This document shows positions 30,507 through 40,907 of a stretch of DNA of 64,000 nucleotides, in pieces. Under the pieces are notes generated by a model that did not search any database, had not been told where the DNA came from, and saw only the letters and a list, made by a program, of their open reading frames with translations. The translations under genes and the position numbers were made by a program. Source of the DNA: Candidatus Bathyarchaeota archaeon (GTDB lineage: Archaea; Thermoproteota; Bathyarchaeia; Bathyarchaeales; Bathycorpusculaceae); assembly GCA_963733095.1 (NCBI GenBank), contig CAVTBV010000013.1, positions 288,001 to 352,000 on the forward strand, read 5' to 3'. Position 1 is the stretch's first letter. Each line of letters opens with the position of its first letter.

Positions 30507-33350
30507 ATGACCCAAACAGAGCAAATACAGCCAATCATAACCAACAGCACAGCCACAACAAACCTAAACGAGCAACAAAGAATTTTAACACGGCGACTAC
30601 AGGAAGCTGGTGTTTCAACTAAATGTTTCTTGAAAACTGGTTATCAAGGTTGCGACGTTGAAGGCGACAAGAAAGCCTTTGAAAAAGAATGGCCGAACAA
30701 ACTTTACGGACCCGAAGACTTGGAAACTTATCCAAGATGGGGAATCTGTGGGAGATCTCCCTTAGTACCTATCGATTCAGACGACCCAGTAATTTATGAT
30801 GTGTTAAGCCGTGTTCTCCCAGAAACATTTGAAGTCACCAGCCCACGCCGAGGACTACCACACAAATACTTTATCGTTGAAGGACCTCAAGTACCTAACA
30901 AGAAACTACATTACCCAGAAATCTTTGACGAAAAAGGAAACCTAAAAGACTTAGGCGAAATCAGAGCAAACAATCAGTATTTAGTGGCACCCGGCACAAC
31001 CATAAGATATATTGACAAGCAAACAGGCGAACAAAAAACTGGAATGTACACAATAACAAAAGACGTTCCCATTGCAAGAATGACATACCACGACTTCATG
31101 ACAGCGATAAAAACATACATCACCGAAGCCAACGGCAGCACAACACAGACCATAACACAGAAAGAAATGACGGAAGGCGTAACAGAAGGTGCAAGGCATA
31201 CAAAAGCCGTGAGTTACGCTGGAAAGCTAGTCCACCGCTTAAAATTTGACTATGAAACAGCACTAATTCACCTAAAAACATGGAACAACAGCTTATGTAA
31301 ACCACCATTACCCGATGAAGAAATAACACGAATACTCAAAGATGTTTACGGCTATGCAGCAAAAGAAAAAGGTGTATCCTACGAGGAAGCGTTAAAAGGT
31401 GAAAACGAACAAAGCTTTTCAGAACAAATACTACAAATAGAAGCCGAAGCAACAGCCACAATAAAAGAAGATTCGGTCACTTTAGACCATATTAACGACA
31501 TAGAAAACCCAGAATATGCAGGAAAACCCATCATAGTTGAAGCCGTTATCTCAAGTAACAGCTTAAGTTATACAATACCCTCAGAAGTTGAAGCCATAAT
31601 CAAAGAGGAAGACACCGATGAAACTCGAGAAGAAAACAAAAGCATCAAAATAAACGATCCGCTAAACTTGAATTTTATAACAGTTACAACCGACCAACAG
31701 AAACGACAACTTAGAAAAATGTTCAAGGACAAAGCATTTGCACTAAACATAACGAAATATCGAGCTGCCTACATGGTCCGCATAAGACCACAAGTACAAA
31801 CTCTAACACAGAAAAACGGAAAAACCATTGATGACAAAGACAGAGAATACAAACATTTAGATATTCTCATAGTAAGTGACAAACCGTTAGCCTTCCAATC
31901 AAGTACCCGAATAAAACTTACTGCATTACCTCTTCCACACCCAAAAACACAACGAACAACTCTGCTTGCTTACAAAGTATCTTTTCCAGAATCAACAGAA
32001 AAATTCAGCACTGAAAAACTTGATTGCTTGAAATCAAAGTTCGAAGGCAAAACAGTAAAAGAACGCTGGAACTGGATACTTGACAACACTGAATTATACA
32101 CTCAAATCATTGGCAGACGCAACATAGCCGCGGAAACATTTCTAATAAGCTTCACTCCAACAACTAACATTGAATTATACGGCAAACTCGGCCATGGCTG
32201 GGGATTAGGCGACATAATTGGCGACACAACCACTGGCAAAAGCGAAACAGTAAAAAAAATATTAGCTCTACTTTCTGCAGGCATGTTCATTAGCGCGGAA
32301 ACTGCGAGCATAACAGGATTAACTGGCACAGCAACACAAATGGAAAATGGCACTTGGTTCGTTGACTGGGGCTTTTTACCACTCATGGACCGGAAACTTT
32401 TAGCGATGGATGGATGCCACAAAATAAGCCCCAGTGATTGGGCGCGTACAGCAGAGGCAGAACGCGAAGGTAAATTAGACATAAACAAAGCTGCAAAAGC
32501 CATAGCACCAGCCCGAACCAGACAAATAAAAATTTACAATGCCGTAGACAAAGAAGCATATGGGTTTCCAACCAAACCATTAAGTGAATTCCTTTATCCA
32601 GCTCAAGCATTACAAACTGTGGCAGATCAAACAACCATAGCACGTCGAGACATCGCTGTCTTCGTAAACAGTAGAGACGTCACAGCCGAACAAGTCAACC
32701 AAAAACCAACAACTCAACCAGAACCAGAACTTACAATATTAAGCGAATGTCTACGATGGGCATGGAGCAACACGGCAAAAATAACATTCACTGACGAAGC
32801 CTTAACTCATCTGCTTTCAAAATCTACAGAAATGTACAACACTTTCTATTATGCGCCAATTCCACTCGTTTCAATCGACATGAAATTTAAACTTGCACGA
32901 CTTAGCATCTCAGCGGCTTATGCTACATTATCAACCAACGATTACACAGACCTAATAGTGACAAAGGAACACGTTGAATTAGTCAGTGATATTCTCATAG
33001 ATGAGTACAGCAAAGCAGGATTAAACATGTTAGCTCAAACACAGAAATTCAACAAAATAACAGTTGAAGACGTGCAAACACTCATAACAAAAATTGAGAC
33101 AGCTATTCCCAAAGAACCTATAGAACAAACTAAAATCATTGAAATCCTAACCTTCATACTACATGCTGGAAGAGTCACACAGGACCAAATCAAAACCTGT
33201 TTTGAACTAACAGAGAAAAGCCAACTTAGACCGTTAATGGCGACACTGCAAACATTAGACTTAGTTAAAATGAACAGAGGATACTACGCAACCACAAAAC
33301 TCATAGAAGCCTACAAAGCAACAGAGAATTTTGCGTCCTTGCGTTCTTGA
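30507..33350 (+). CDS. primase-polymerase (primpol + PriCT) fused to MCM-like AAA+ helicase
   Basis: WGICG..LVPIDSD, TSPRRGLPHKYF, GEIRANNQYLVAPG (primpol); EGARH...WNNSLCKPPLPDEE (PriCT); GDTTTGKS, ASITGLTGTA..WFVDWGFL..MD, EREGKLDINKA (MCM-like); C-terminal wHTH. Confidence 0.85.
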   Translation: MTQTEQIQPIITNSTATTNLNEQQRILTRRLQEAGVSTKCFLKTGYQGCDVEGDKKAFEKEWPNKLYGPEDLETYPRWGICGRSPLVPIDSDDPVIYDVLSRVLPETFEVTSPRRGLPHKYFIVEGPQVPNKKLHYPEIFDEKGNLKDLGEIRANNQYLVAPGTTIRYIDKQTGEQKTGMYTITKDVPIARMTYHDFMTAIKTYITEANGSTTQTITQKEMTEGVTEGARHTKAVSYAGKLVHRLKFDYETALIHLKTWNNSLCKPPLPDEEITRILKDVYGYAAKEKGVSYEEALKGENEQSFSEQILQIEAEATATIKEDSVTLDHINDIENPEYAGKPIIVEAVISSNSLSYTIPSEVEAIIKEEDTDETREENKSIKINDPLNLNFITVTTDQQKRQLRKMFKDKAFALNITKYRAAYMVRIRPQVQTLTQKNGKTIDDKDREYKHLDILIVSDKPLAFQSSTRIKLTALPLPHPKTQRTTLLAYKVSFPESTEKFSTEKLDCLKSKFEGKTVKERWNWILDNTELYTQIIGRRNIAAETFLISFTPTTNIELYGKLGHGWGLGDIIGDTTTGKSETVKKILALLSAGMFISAETASITGLTGTATQMENGTWFVDWGFLPLMDRKLLAMDGCHKISPSDWARTAEAEREGKLDINKAAKAIAPARTRQIKIYNAVDKEAYGFPTKPLSEFLYPAQALQTVADQTTIARRDIAVFVNSRDVTAEQVNQKPTTQPEPELTILSECLRWAWSNTAKITFTDEALTHLLSKSTEMYNTFYYAPIPLVSIDMKFKLARLSISAAYATLSTNDYTDLIVTKEHVELVSDILIDEYSKAGLNMLAQTQKFNKITVEDVQTLITKIETAIPKEPIEQTKIIEILTFILHAGRVTQDQIKTCFELTEKSQLRPLMATLQTLDLVKMNRGYYATTKLIEAYKATENFASLRS

Positions 33351-33900
33351 CACGTCAAAAAAGAACCCCTATACAAAAAATCCTAACAGTGACTGAAAAA
33401 CAAGCAATAAAACCTTATTGAAAAAGAAAAAGTTCCAGATATAGTTTCTATTCAGAAAAATAAAGAGGGGGGTTTCAATTCTGAGGCGGGCAAAGACGGC
33501 ACAAACGGCAAAAATAAAAAACAAAGATATTGTTCTGAAGAATGTATCAATTTCGATAAGTCTTCTTGTAAGAATAGAAGCGGTCACTGGGGAGACCTAA
33601 ACATGAAATCATTATTACCGTTGAATTGTGTTGGTTTCGAAGCGCTTAATCTAGGCGCCTAACTATTTTTATCTTTTCAATGCCTTGTCTTTTTTAAGGC
33701 TGTAGACGCTAACAAACGTTAAGTTTTCAATAGTTTTCATTTTTTTATGCTACAAATATGGCATTTTTGAAAGTTTATTAAACTTCACTTTTTACCGACA
33801 AAAGCTGACAAAAACTGACACCTACAGAAAAAACGCCACATAATGCTACAGTTTTAGGTTTTTGATTGGTTGTTGTTTGCTCTGTTTGTTGCAGAATAAA
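33325..33900. other. candidate replication origin (short direct and inverted repeats after rep)
   Basis: TTTGCGTCCTTGCGTTCTTG with imperfect inverted partner CAAAGACGGCACAAACGGCAAAA; CCGACAAAA-GCTGACAAAA-ACTGACA iteron-like run near 33796-33820; AT-rich. Confidence 0.4.
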
Positions 33901-34029
33901 ACCAAATTGATTAAGGAAAACTGAAAGAAATTGCAATAATTTGCAACTTTGAGAGGTATAGAAATTGACTGAAGCAAACAAGCCCCGGAAGAAATCTGCA
34001 AGTTTTAAAGTGCAGCGTCACGCCAACGA

Positions 34030-34257
34030 TTGATTGCGCTCTATAATACTGTTAACCGTTTTAGTGTTGGGAAAGCAGCTGAAAGCCTCGGGGTTAGCCG
34101 CTGGTCCGTTGCCCGTGACTTGTCTTTTTTACGCGAGCATTCATTGTTAAGTCCCAAACGGAATCAAACAGTGCCTTACATAGTTGTTGAGTCTGGAGCC
34201 GAGTTTATGCAGCGATTCAACGCAGCACATCAAAGTAACAGTGGAAAGAAAGTTTAG
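34030..34257 (+). CDS. small HTH DNA-binding protein
   Basis: SVGKAAESLGVSRWSVARDLSFL. Confidence 0.75.
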   Translation: MIALYNTVNRFSVGKAAESLGVSRWSVARDLSFLREHSLLSPKRNQTVPYIVVESGAEFMQRFNAAHQSNSGKKV

Positions 34258-34321
34258 AGGATAAAACAAAAGAAGCGAATGTGGGGAGAGGGAAATATGC
34301 AAAAATTCAAAGTGTTCAACT

Positions 34322-34699
34322 ATGACCACCAAAACACAGCAAAACACAACCAATCAAGGAATCCAAAACCAAAAACCACAATATGTAATCTATACAGGCT
34401 CGCAAGAATTTAACTGTCACTTCCATCTATGTAGACGGCGTGAAATTCCATTTTTAGCCGTAAGCAGAAGGGGCGATATATACAGCGTTGAGTTTGATTT
34501 AATCACGTCTGAATCTCTTTTAAATGCCTTCGGATATGAAGACCTTTTAGCTTTTAGGGATGATTTGTTTGAGCGTAAGCTGTGTAGTGATGCTTTGACG
34601 AGTAGAGGCGTCGGCGTGTTTAAGGTTAAGAGACAATGTGAAGCTGAAGTGATTGAGAGACTTTGGCAAATAATAACATCAAATCTTGGGGTTGCTTAA
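34322..34699 (+). CDS. hypothetical protein
   Basis: 125-aa ORF co-oriented with the HTH gene. Confidence 0.6.
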   Translation: MTTKTQQNTTNQGIQNQKPQYVIYTGSQEFNCHFHLCRRREIPFLAVSRRGDIYSVEFDLITSESLLNAFGYEDLLAFRDDLFERKLCSDALTSRGVGVFKVKRQCEAEVIERLWQIITSNLGVA

Positions 34700-34925
34700 T
34701 TCGTCTCTTAAGGTTACTACATACAACATCCTTCTATCTTTTTGAAACAGTGAAGGCTAAGGCTCGAGATAGAGTTAGTAAATACTTAGCTCAGTTGTCA
34801 GAGTGAGAATAAGAAAATTCAACTCTTTTTTTTACAGTCAATTCAATAAAGCAACAAGTTTTCTCAATTTTAGTTAAAACCGAGAGATAACGAGGGAGCT
34901 GTTTGAGGGATAACAAGTTTGCTGA

Positions 34926-35537
34926 TTGTTGGGGTTGGTTATGTTAACCTATTCACTAGCAGTTTTTATATTGTTACTCATCGCTATTTTGTTACTGAAA
35001 AAGAGAAGAAAAGGGATACCTTTGGAAAGGGAAGATAGGATTTTAACATATGTGGGGTTGATTAGCGCAATAATTCTGGGATTTCTTCAGGCAATCTTTC
35101 AAGTTAATCCATCAATCTTGGGACCATATACGCAAACTTTTTCCTGGATTTTATTCTTATCAATGTTTGTCATCATTGCCGGAATCATCGCGTTATATTT
35201 TAAAAATAAGGGTATTACTGCTAAGGATGTGGAAAAAACAGATTTTTATTCTCCAATACATGCGATGATTGTAAAAGTAAATATAGAAACACCTCGCAAA
35301 CAAGCTCTAGCGTTCAGCGGAATTGGAAAGTGGGTTAACGTGAAACAGTTAAGAATAGACTATCAAAACGTATCTTCAGCCTTTACTCAACACGCAACCA
35401 AGTTTAAAGATGAAGATTTGACAAAGTGGGATGAAATAGAGAAACAAATTAAAGCTTATTCAAACGGCGGCGGTTTCTACATTAACAAAGATGTCCAGAA
35501 ATGGTTTGATGATTTAGAAACCAGATATAATCACTAA
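34926..35537 (+). CDS. three-TM membrane protein with soluble C-terminal domain
   Basis: Three hydrophobic segments. Confidence 0.7.
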   Translation: MLGLVMLTYSLAVFILLLIAILLLKKRRKGIPLEREDRILTYVGLISAIILGFLQAIFQVNPSILGPYTQTFSWILFLSMFVIIAGIIALYFKNKGITAKDVEKTDFYSPIHAMIVKVNIETPRKQALAFSGIGKWVNVKQLRIDYQNVSSAFTQHATKFKDEDLTKWDEIEKQIKAYSNGGGFYINKDVQKWFDDLETRYNH

Positions 35538-35621
35538 GCCTCGCGTTTGGAGTTACTCAGTTCTGGGATGTCCAAGAGAATAGCCGTTTGAAGAGTTAAG
35601 TTGGTTATATTAAAATAAAAT

Positions 35622-36083
35622 TTAGGGAAGTTGTTTTCCGCAGGAAGAACAAAACTTCACATCTGTATTTGCTAACCCTTTCCCACAGAAAGAGCAATAT
35701 CTCGGCGCATTTGAAAACGCTTGTAATGTACTCCATAACCGCTCCATGGCACTCCAACCTTCACGTCTAGGTATTCCAGCTCCTAGGGAAGTTGGAGAAA
35801 AATCTTGATCCTTCAATCCATATATTGTTATCCAACCTTCAGTTTTAGCCAATATGCCGTCTTCCGACGGTTGAAAAGAGACTTGGAAATATTTTGGCGC
35901 TGTTAGAAAGCCTACTCCCCAACGTCCTTTAATGTGGTTAGGGCTGCTTTCAGTTACGCTTACGCTATTTTTTGCGAACCAGTCTGTTACTGTACTTTTT
36001 ACTTCTTCTTTAGTTCTGCCTAAAATCAAAATATCTTTTCTTGTTCTATCCATCGCGACCCCTAAAAATGATATAGCAATCAA
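35622..36083 (-). CDS. protein with C-terminal zinc ribbon (likely start ~36053)
   Basis: YCSFCG...FCSSCG. Confidence 0.75.
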   Translation of the reverse strand: MIAISFLGVAMDRTRKDILILGRTKEEVKSTVTDWFAKNSVSVTESSPNHIKGRWGVGFLTAPKYFQVSFQPSEDGILAKTEGWITIYGLKDQDFSPTSLGAGIPRREGWSAMERLWSTLQAFSNAPRYCSFCGKGLANTDVKFCSSCGKQLP

Positions 36084-36113
36084 GCGCTTATAACATTATT
36101 TATCTCTCCATTA

Positions 36114-36275
36114 TTACTGGAGTTTGTCACCGCATAAGGGGCACTCTGAAGGCTCTTTCTTTTGAGTGTTAATTAATTTGTATGAACAGAAATAGCAGAA
36201 GGAAACTTGGCATTTAGGGCAAAAGCAAGAGCCCTCATCAATCATTTTTCCGCAAGTGCTACAAGACTTAATCAA
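36114..36275 (-). CDS. small protein with four CxxC motifs (RING/double-ribbon-like, 53 aa)
   Basis: Hand translation (M)IKSCSTCGKMIDEGSCFCPKCQVSFCYFCSYKLINTQKKEPSECPLCGDKLQ. Confidence 0.75.
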   Translation of the reverse strand: MIKSCSTCGKMIDEGSCFCPKCQVSFCYFCSYKLINTQKKEPSECPLCGDKLQ

Positions 36276-36618
36276 ATTGTGATCTATCGTTTTTAGGTTT
36301 GGATTGCTTTATAAAATTATTTATTGAAACTGAAAAATTTGTTACTGTAGAACAGGTTTTTTTATTCCTAGCAACCTTTGCATTATTTTTATTTTTCTTT
36401 TGGGTTATAATTGAAACCCAAAACAAGTTTGACCTTAAAAATCAATGTTTTAGGAGTTAGTGTCGAAATTCGATACAAGAAACGGTAAAGGCATGTCTGT
36501 TAATGACTGCCTCCTCTTTTTTTGTTCAATTATCCACCGGTTGATATTTCAACATAATAACCTGGTTATAACTCAGTGGGCGGTTGTTTTTTTACACCAC
36601 CATAAAACCTAAAGTTTT

Positions 36619-37140
36619 GTGAAACAAGCAGATTTTCGTCAAATCCGCAAACTCAAAAGAAAAGGCACCATAATAAATGGTGTCTCAGTTGACCGCGTAG
36701 AACATAATTTCAACCTTGTACTTTCACACCTAAGACAGGTTGGCACATATGAACGGACCCTCAAAAAACACAATGTTTTAGTTATTTACCAACTCGTGCG
36801 TCGCTGCCTTGAAAACTCAGAATCAGATAAGCTTGATTTAGCCGTTGAATTTGAGCATCTACACGACTTTGACAACACCGACGATTTCATAGATTATTTA
36901 GAGAAACAACATTCTATTTCTAAAACTTACAGAGACGCCGTTCTTAAAGACATGGCTTTAACCGAGCTTGAAGAACATGCAGACATTTTAAATAAAAAAA
37001 TAGTCAACAAACACGCTGTAGTGCTCGGAGAAAACGAGGTAGCTATCCCAGAAATTGACTATTATTATTTTAAGCGTAGAGATGCTCAACTGAAAAAGCT
37101 TGAAGTCGCCGCTTGTGGATGGCCGCTGAGTCTCTGTTAG
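36619..37140 (+). CDS. hypothetical protein
   Basis: 173-aa ORF, first of a four-gene run. Confidence 0.65.
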   Translation: MKQADFRQIRKLKRKGTIINGVSVDRVEHNFNLVLSHLRQVGTYERTLKKHNVLVIYQLVRRCLENSESDKLDLAVEFEHLHDFDNTDDFIDYLEKQHSISKTYRDAVLKDMALTELEEHADILNKKIVNKHAVVLGENEVAIPEIDYYYFKRRDAQLKKLEVAACGWPLSLC

Positions 37141-37165
37141 TATTTTCCAAACCCCTTGAGGACCC

Positions 37166-37594
37166 TTGCAAACATACCAAACCGTCTTAATCAGTTTTCA
37201 AAGCAGCCAAACCGTACCCGCCGGAACCATAAAGAAAAAGCGTAAAGGCCGCCCCTTCGAAATGTTCAGTGAGCAAGAACTAAAAGAAATCTTTGAAGGC
37301 ATATTAAGCGTTAACCAGGAAAAGCGGCGACAAGCCTTCAAGAGTTTTGGAAAAGTCAAAATAAGAAAAGCCATCAACATTTTTAAAACAGACTTTGGGA
37401 AGCAAGGAATTATTTTTAGAAAGGAATGTAGAATCCATAAGAGAGCTAAACTTTTTTACGGTTGGAGCGGCTACTCGGAGGGCGTTCGGGTTAAATGTTT
37501 ATTTGAAGGCTGTACGTCTTTGAATTCTCATTTTGAACCAATGATTTACGGCGCCACTAACGAATTTAATGAAGAGTCAGAGTTTTACGGATAA
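37166..37594 (+). CDS. hypothetical basic protein with possible C/H metal site
   Basis: KKKRKGRP...; CRIH...CLFEGC. Confidence 0.6.
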   Translation: MQTYQTVLISFQSSQTVPAGTIKKKRKGRPFEMFSEQELKEIFEGILSVNQEKRRQAFKSFGKVKIRKAINIFKTDFGKQGIIFRKECRIHKRAKLFYGWSGYSEGVRVKCLFEGCTSLNSHFEPMIYGATNEFNEESEFYG

Positions 37595-37649
37595 TGAATA
37601 ACTCTTTTTTAGACATATTAGCTGTAGCGGATAATCACCAAATTTATTA

Positions 37650-37901
37650 GTGAAACCAATGAGCCAAAATGATGTATATTGCGAATCTCGAAAAACAGCC
37701 CTAATTCAGCAAATCAACAAACTCACGGGAGAAAACGAATCCTACTCAGACTGGACCCTAAGCCAACTTGACGTTTTCCACGATAAACTTGTAACAAGAT
37801 ACCAAACGTTTCAAGAAAAGCATGAAGCTGAACTCAAAGGCGAAAAGTTGACGGTTGGCAACAGTCTCCTAGGCTTAAAAATGCATGAGCTGCCAAAATA
37901 A
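37650..37901 (+). CDS. hypothetical protein
   Basis: TAATG overlap with the next ORF. Confidence 0.65.
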   Translation: MKPMSQNDVYCESRKTALIQQINKLTGENESYSDWTLSQLDVFHDKLVTRYQTFQEKHEAELKGEKLTVGNSLLGLKMHELPK

Positions 37902-38236
37902 TGACTCAAAAAGTAGGTGAAAACAAAACTATGTCACAAACACAAGAAATCGAGCTGCCAACCATACAGACCGGGACAGGATTCAGTTCAGCCCCAGACT
38001 ATACGCTACAATTCAAGAACGCGGAATCTTTAGAGTTATGGGCTAAACAAGTAAAAGCTATTCCTTTTGCTAAAAGCCATTTCTTAGTTGAAGGCCATAT
38101 TTGCCTCTGTCAAATTGAGCAGCCAGAACCGCCAGCAAAAGAAATACAGAAGAAGCCCTCTGTCAGCGCCTCGGTTGGAAAATCTCAATCGTTTTACTAC
38201 GACCCAGCTTCAGGCAGTATGAAGAAGTACTTTTAA
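37901..38236 (+). CDS. hypothetical protein
   Basis: Translationally coupled to the preceding ORF; T-rich tract follows. Confidence 0.65.
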   Translation: MTQKVGENKTMSQTQEIELPTIQTGTGFSSAPDYTLQFKNAESLELWAKQVKAIPFAKSHFLVEGHICLCQIEQPEPPAKEIQKKPSVSASVGKSQSFYYDPASGSMKKYF

Positions 38237-38559
38237 ACTTCAAACTTTTTTCTTTTTTTGTTATCCTTTATTTTACAATCAAATGTACTTTTTACATAAC
38301 AATAAATTTTAGTGTGGACTCGGCGCCGAAACCAAGAGAGAGGGTGACTTGGGGTAGAAAAAATAAACGCCGAGTCACGCACCAATAAATTCGGAGTTTT
38401 GAAAAAGGATGCCAAACCTCGACAATACCCTAAAAAAGAAAAAGAAAAGTGTTAAACACTTGCTAATTTCTGCAATGCTTCTTCAGCCCATGAAAAAAAC
38501 CAAAAAAAGAAATACGATAAAAATTTAAAATTCAAGTAACCAAGTTTGCTGTTTTTGAA

Positions 38560-38952
38560 TCATTTAGTTATTTCTTTGCTTCTGCTTATAGCCCTAAGGA
38601 TTAATTCATTCTGTCGAATCATTATCTTGTTTTGGTCAATAATTGCTTTCAATCCAGAAGCTAAGATTTGGTCGGTTGAATTTAAAGTCAATATACTTCC
38701 TATATACATCCACTTTGTGCCAGCCTCATGTGATCGAAGATTAGTCATATCCTCAACAATCTTTTTCTTTACTTCTTCATCACTCATTTCGTCCGAAATG
38801 AGGAGTTCTACTACCTTCTTCATTGGTTGTTGTTCTATCGGTGGCTCCTCTTTGATGCCTTTCACGTGTACTTTATCATGATGGTCAAACATTTCATCTT
38901 CAGAACTAAATAGTTTACCACATTCAGGACAATATACCTCTAATTTTCCCAT
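38560..38952 (-). CDS. C2H2 zinc-finger protein
   Basis: CPECGKLFSSEDEMFDHHDKVH; C-terminal LKAIIDQNKIMIRQNELIL. Confidence 0.8.
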   Translation of the reverse strand: MGKLEVYCPECGKLFSSEDEMFDHHDKVHVKGIKEEPPIEQQPMKKVVELLISDEMSDEEVKKKIVEDMTNLRSHEAGTKWMYIGSILTLNSTDQILASGLKAIIDQNKIMIRQNELILRAISRSKEITK

Positions 38953-39037
38953 GAAGTCCCTCTCACTTTAGATGCAATGGTTCTATTTCTCTTTTTGTGC
39001 TAACTATTGATTAACCTTAAAAGGCAAATCAGCTCTA

Positions 39038-39211
39038 ATGGCAAGCATGCAGGCGAGAGCTAAAAAACGTAAAATCAGCGTAACACTAGACGAAAACTTA
39101 ATCGCGTGGCTAGATCAACAAACAAAAACCTATGTTTTTCACAGTCGTAGCGAAGGAATAGAAAGAAGTGTTTTAGCACTCAAACGAGAAATGGAAAAAG
39201 AGGAAACTTAG
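39038..39211 (+). CDS. ribbon-helix-helix (CopG-like) regulator, 57 aa
   Basis: Hand translation ..KKRKISVTLDENLIAWLDQQTKTYVFHSRSEGIERSV.. Confidence 0.8.
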   Translation: MASMQARAKKRKISVTLDENLIAWLDQQTKTYVFHSRSEGIERSVLALKREMEKEET

Positions 39212-39236
39212 TTGTTTTCCGTTTTGTTTTGGCAGT

Positions 39237-40037
39237 TTAGTATAGTTTGAACCATATTCCGCCTGTGCCATCATAGTTTCTTCCGAACGTCAATAGTGGG
39301 TGGGTGTCAGTAAGAGAAACTTGGTAAGCTTCCCAGCCTTCATGTGATGCACCTGGATATAGCGAAGTTGATAATGCGGGGTCTGGAGGAACAATTGAGT
39401 GATAATCGTATTCTACTCCGTTTTCTGATATGGCATCGAAGTATACTGGAGATACATTGTATACGGTGTCTGCGGTTGGTCCTGTGAGGTATTCAAATTG
39501 TATTTTGACAAGGATGTATTCGTAACCTGAGTTTGGTGCAGAGTTGAACATGTTGGCTGCATGGATGCGGTTCCATGCTTCTGCGCCTCTCACGGTTTCT
39601 AGAAGTGTTATTCTGGCGCTGTATTTTCCGCTTAACCAATCATATTGGATAGTTAAGGGTGTTGCTGCTGGCGCGGGGTTAGATCGTGCATATCCTGTCG
39701 GTATGGAAGTTGAGCTTGGAGTGGGTGACGGTGAAGCTGTAGGTGTTGGAGATGGAGTTGGTGAAGGGGTTGGTGAGGGTGTAGGTGAAGCTGTTGGCAT
39801 TGGAGTAGATGTGGGTTCAACATTATCTGTTGGGTCCGATGTTGGCATAATCTCGGGCTGGATGGACTGGGTAATCGTGGGTGAAACAGTGGGATTAGAT
39901 GTTGGCGTGGGAGTTGGCGTAGGGCTTGACATATAGCTTGAGTCTAATATGTTTGGGAGTAAATATGCTCCAGCTCCTGAGGATATTGCGAGTATGACAA
40001 TTATTACAATTATTGATAGAGTTTTTCGAGTTTTCAT
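39237..40037 (-). CDS. membrane-anchored surface protein with P/T/S linker and DUF4352-like Ig domain
   Basis: N-terminal TM, PTPS repeats, ARSNPAP...RGAEAW..I..AN.FN..P..GYEYILVK...LYPGASHEGW. Confidence 0.8.
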   Translation of the reverse strand: MKTRKTLSIIVIIVILAISSGAGAYLLPNILDSSYMSSPTPTPTPTSNPTVSPTITQSIQPEIMPTSDPTDNVEPTSTPMPTASPTPSPTPSPTPSPTPTASPSPTPSSTSIPTGYARSNPAPAATPLTIQYDWLSGKYSARITLLETVRGAEAWNRIHAANMFNSAPNSGYEYILVKIQFEYLTGPTADTVYNVSPVYFDAISENGVEYDYHSIVPPDPALSTSLYPGASHEGWEAYQVSLTDTHPLLTFGRNYDGTGGIWFKLY

Positions 40038-40309
40038 TCACTTTCATCTTATTTTTTTGACTAATGCTCTATTTTTGGTTTATCCTATCGGGTTTATGCT
40101 ATCTTGACGTTTGAATTAATTGCGGATGATAACATTTTATCTGTCAGCATTCGTTAATCGTTTTATTTTTCGCCGTGTGACTTTGCAGATTGCGTCGAAG
40201 GCTGCCAAGACCCTTTGACAGAACGTTTGCTGTGATATTTTGCATCATTATTATTTCATCGAGAGACATCGTTGACGTTTGAAAGAACAAGTTCAATTTG
40301 CTTGCAATA

Positions 40310-40489
40310 CTATTTGGTGCTTGCTTTAGCTATAAATTGTTTAAGAAGCTCTTGGTCGTCTGAGATTTGTTTTGGGTCCTGTTTTCTGGCCCTGCAAAGC
40401 AAAGTGCGGAATCCTTCAAGTTTTCTCCCAGTTTCTAAATAATCTTTTATGATTTGTCGTTCGCTGGGTGTCAAGATATAATCGCGCAT
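40310..40489 (-). CDS. small hypothetical protein, possible repressor (59 aa)
   Basis: Hand translation MRDYILTPSERQIIKDYLETGRKLEGFRTLLCRARK...; AAGGAG SD upstream. Confidence 0.7.
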   Translation of the reverse strand: MRDYILTPSERQIIKDYLETGRKLEGFRTLLCRARKQDPKQISDDQELLKQFIAKASTK

Positions 40490-40505
40490 TTTAGTGTCTC
40501 CTTTT

Positions 40506-40613
40506 GTTACTATGATTGAATCAGTATTTTAAATGTTTTCTTATTTGCTACAGCACAATTGCTACAACAATAGTAACGCTTAAATAATTGCTGTGTGTTA
40601 CAGTGATTGTAGC
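40506..40613. promoter_or_regulatory. three 17-bp operator-like sites GYTAC-N7-GTARC in a divergent promoter
   Basis: 40506-40522 (degenerate), 40561-40577 and 40597-40613, interleaved with two TATA-like boxes. Confidence 0.6.
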
Positions 40614-40626
40614 AAGGTGAAATAAG

Positions 40627-40770
40627 GTGGAAGCAACAACTCAAACCAAAAAAATGTTTTATTGCCACACCGCAAAAAAAGAGATCCTCGAAGAATGGTG
40701 CCCACAAGCCTGCTATATCTGCACTCAAGCAAACCGTGAAGGAAACGAAACCTACCATTGGAGCGGCTAA
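40627..40770 (+). CDS. small Cys-rich protein (47 aa)
   Basis: GTG start after AGGTGA SD; FYCHT...WCPQACYIC. Confidence 0.5.
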   Translation: MEATTQTKKMFYCHTAKKEILEEWCPQACYICTQANREGNETYHWSG

Positions 40771-40772
40771 AA

Positions 40773-40907
40773 ATGCCCTCAGTTTTTATTTGTCCAAAAT
40801 GTGGCCGCACAAACAGCTACATCCGCGACAACCGCCGAATTGAACATTGCAGCGAATGCGGCACACCCCAAACATCCAGCCCAATCACCTCAGGAAGGAT
40901 GTTTTGA
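40773..40907 (+). CDS. small zinc-ribbon protein (44 aa)
   Basis: MPSVFICPKCGRTNSYIRDNRRIEHCSECG. Confidence 0.65.
   Translation: MPSVFICPKCGRTNSYIRDNRRIEHCSECGTPQTSSPITSGRMF

Noticed and set aside
39544-39936. Gly/Val-rich plus-strand ORF
   Set aside because: Antisense shadow of the PT-rich linker; the many other short antisense ORFs over por, activator and pilin genes were rejected likewise
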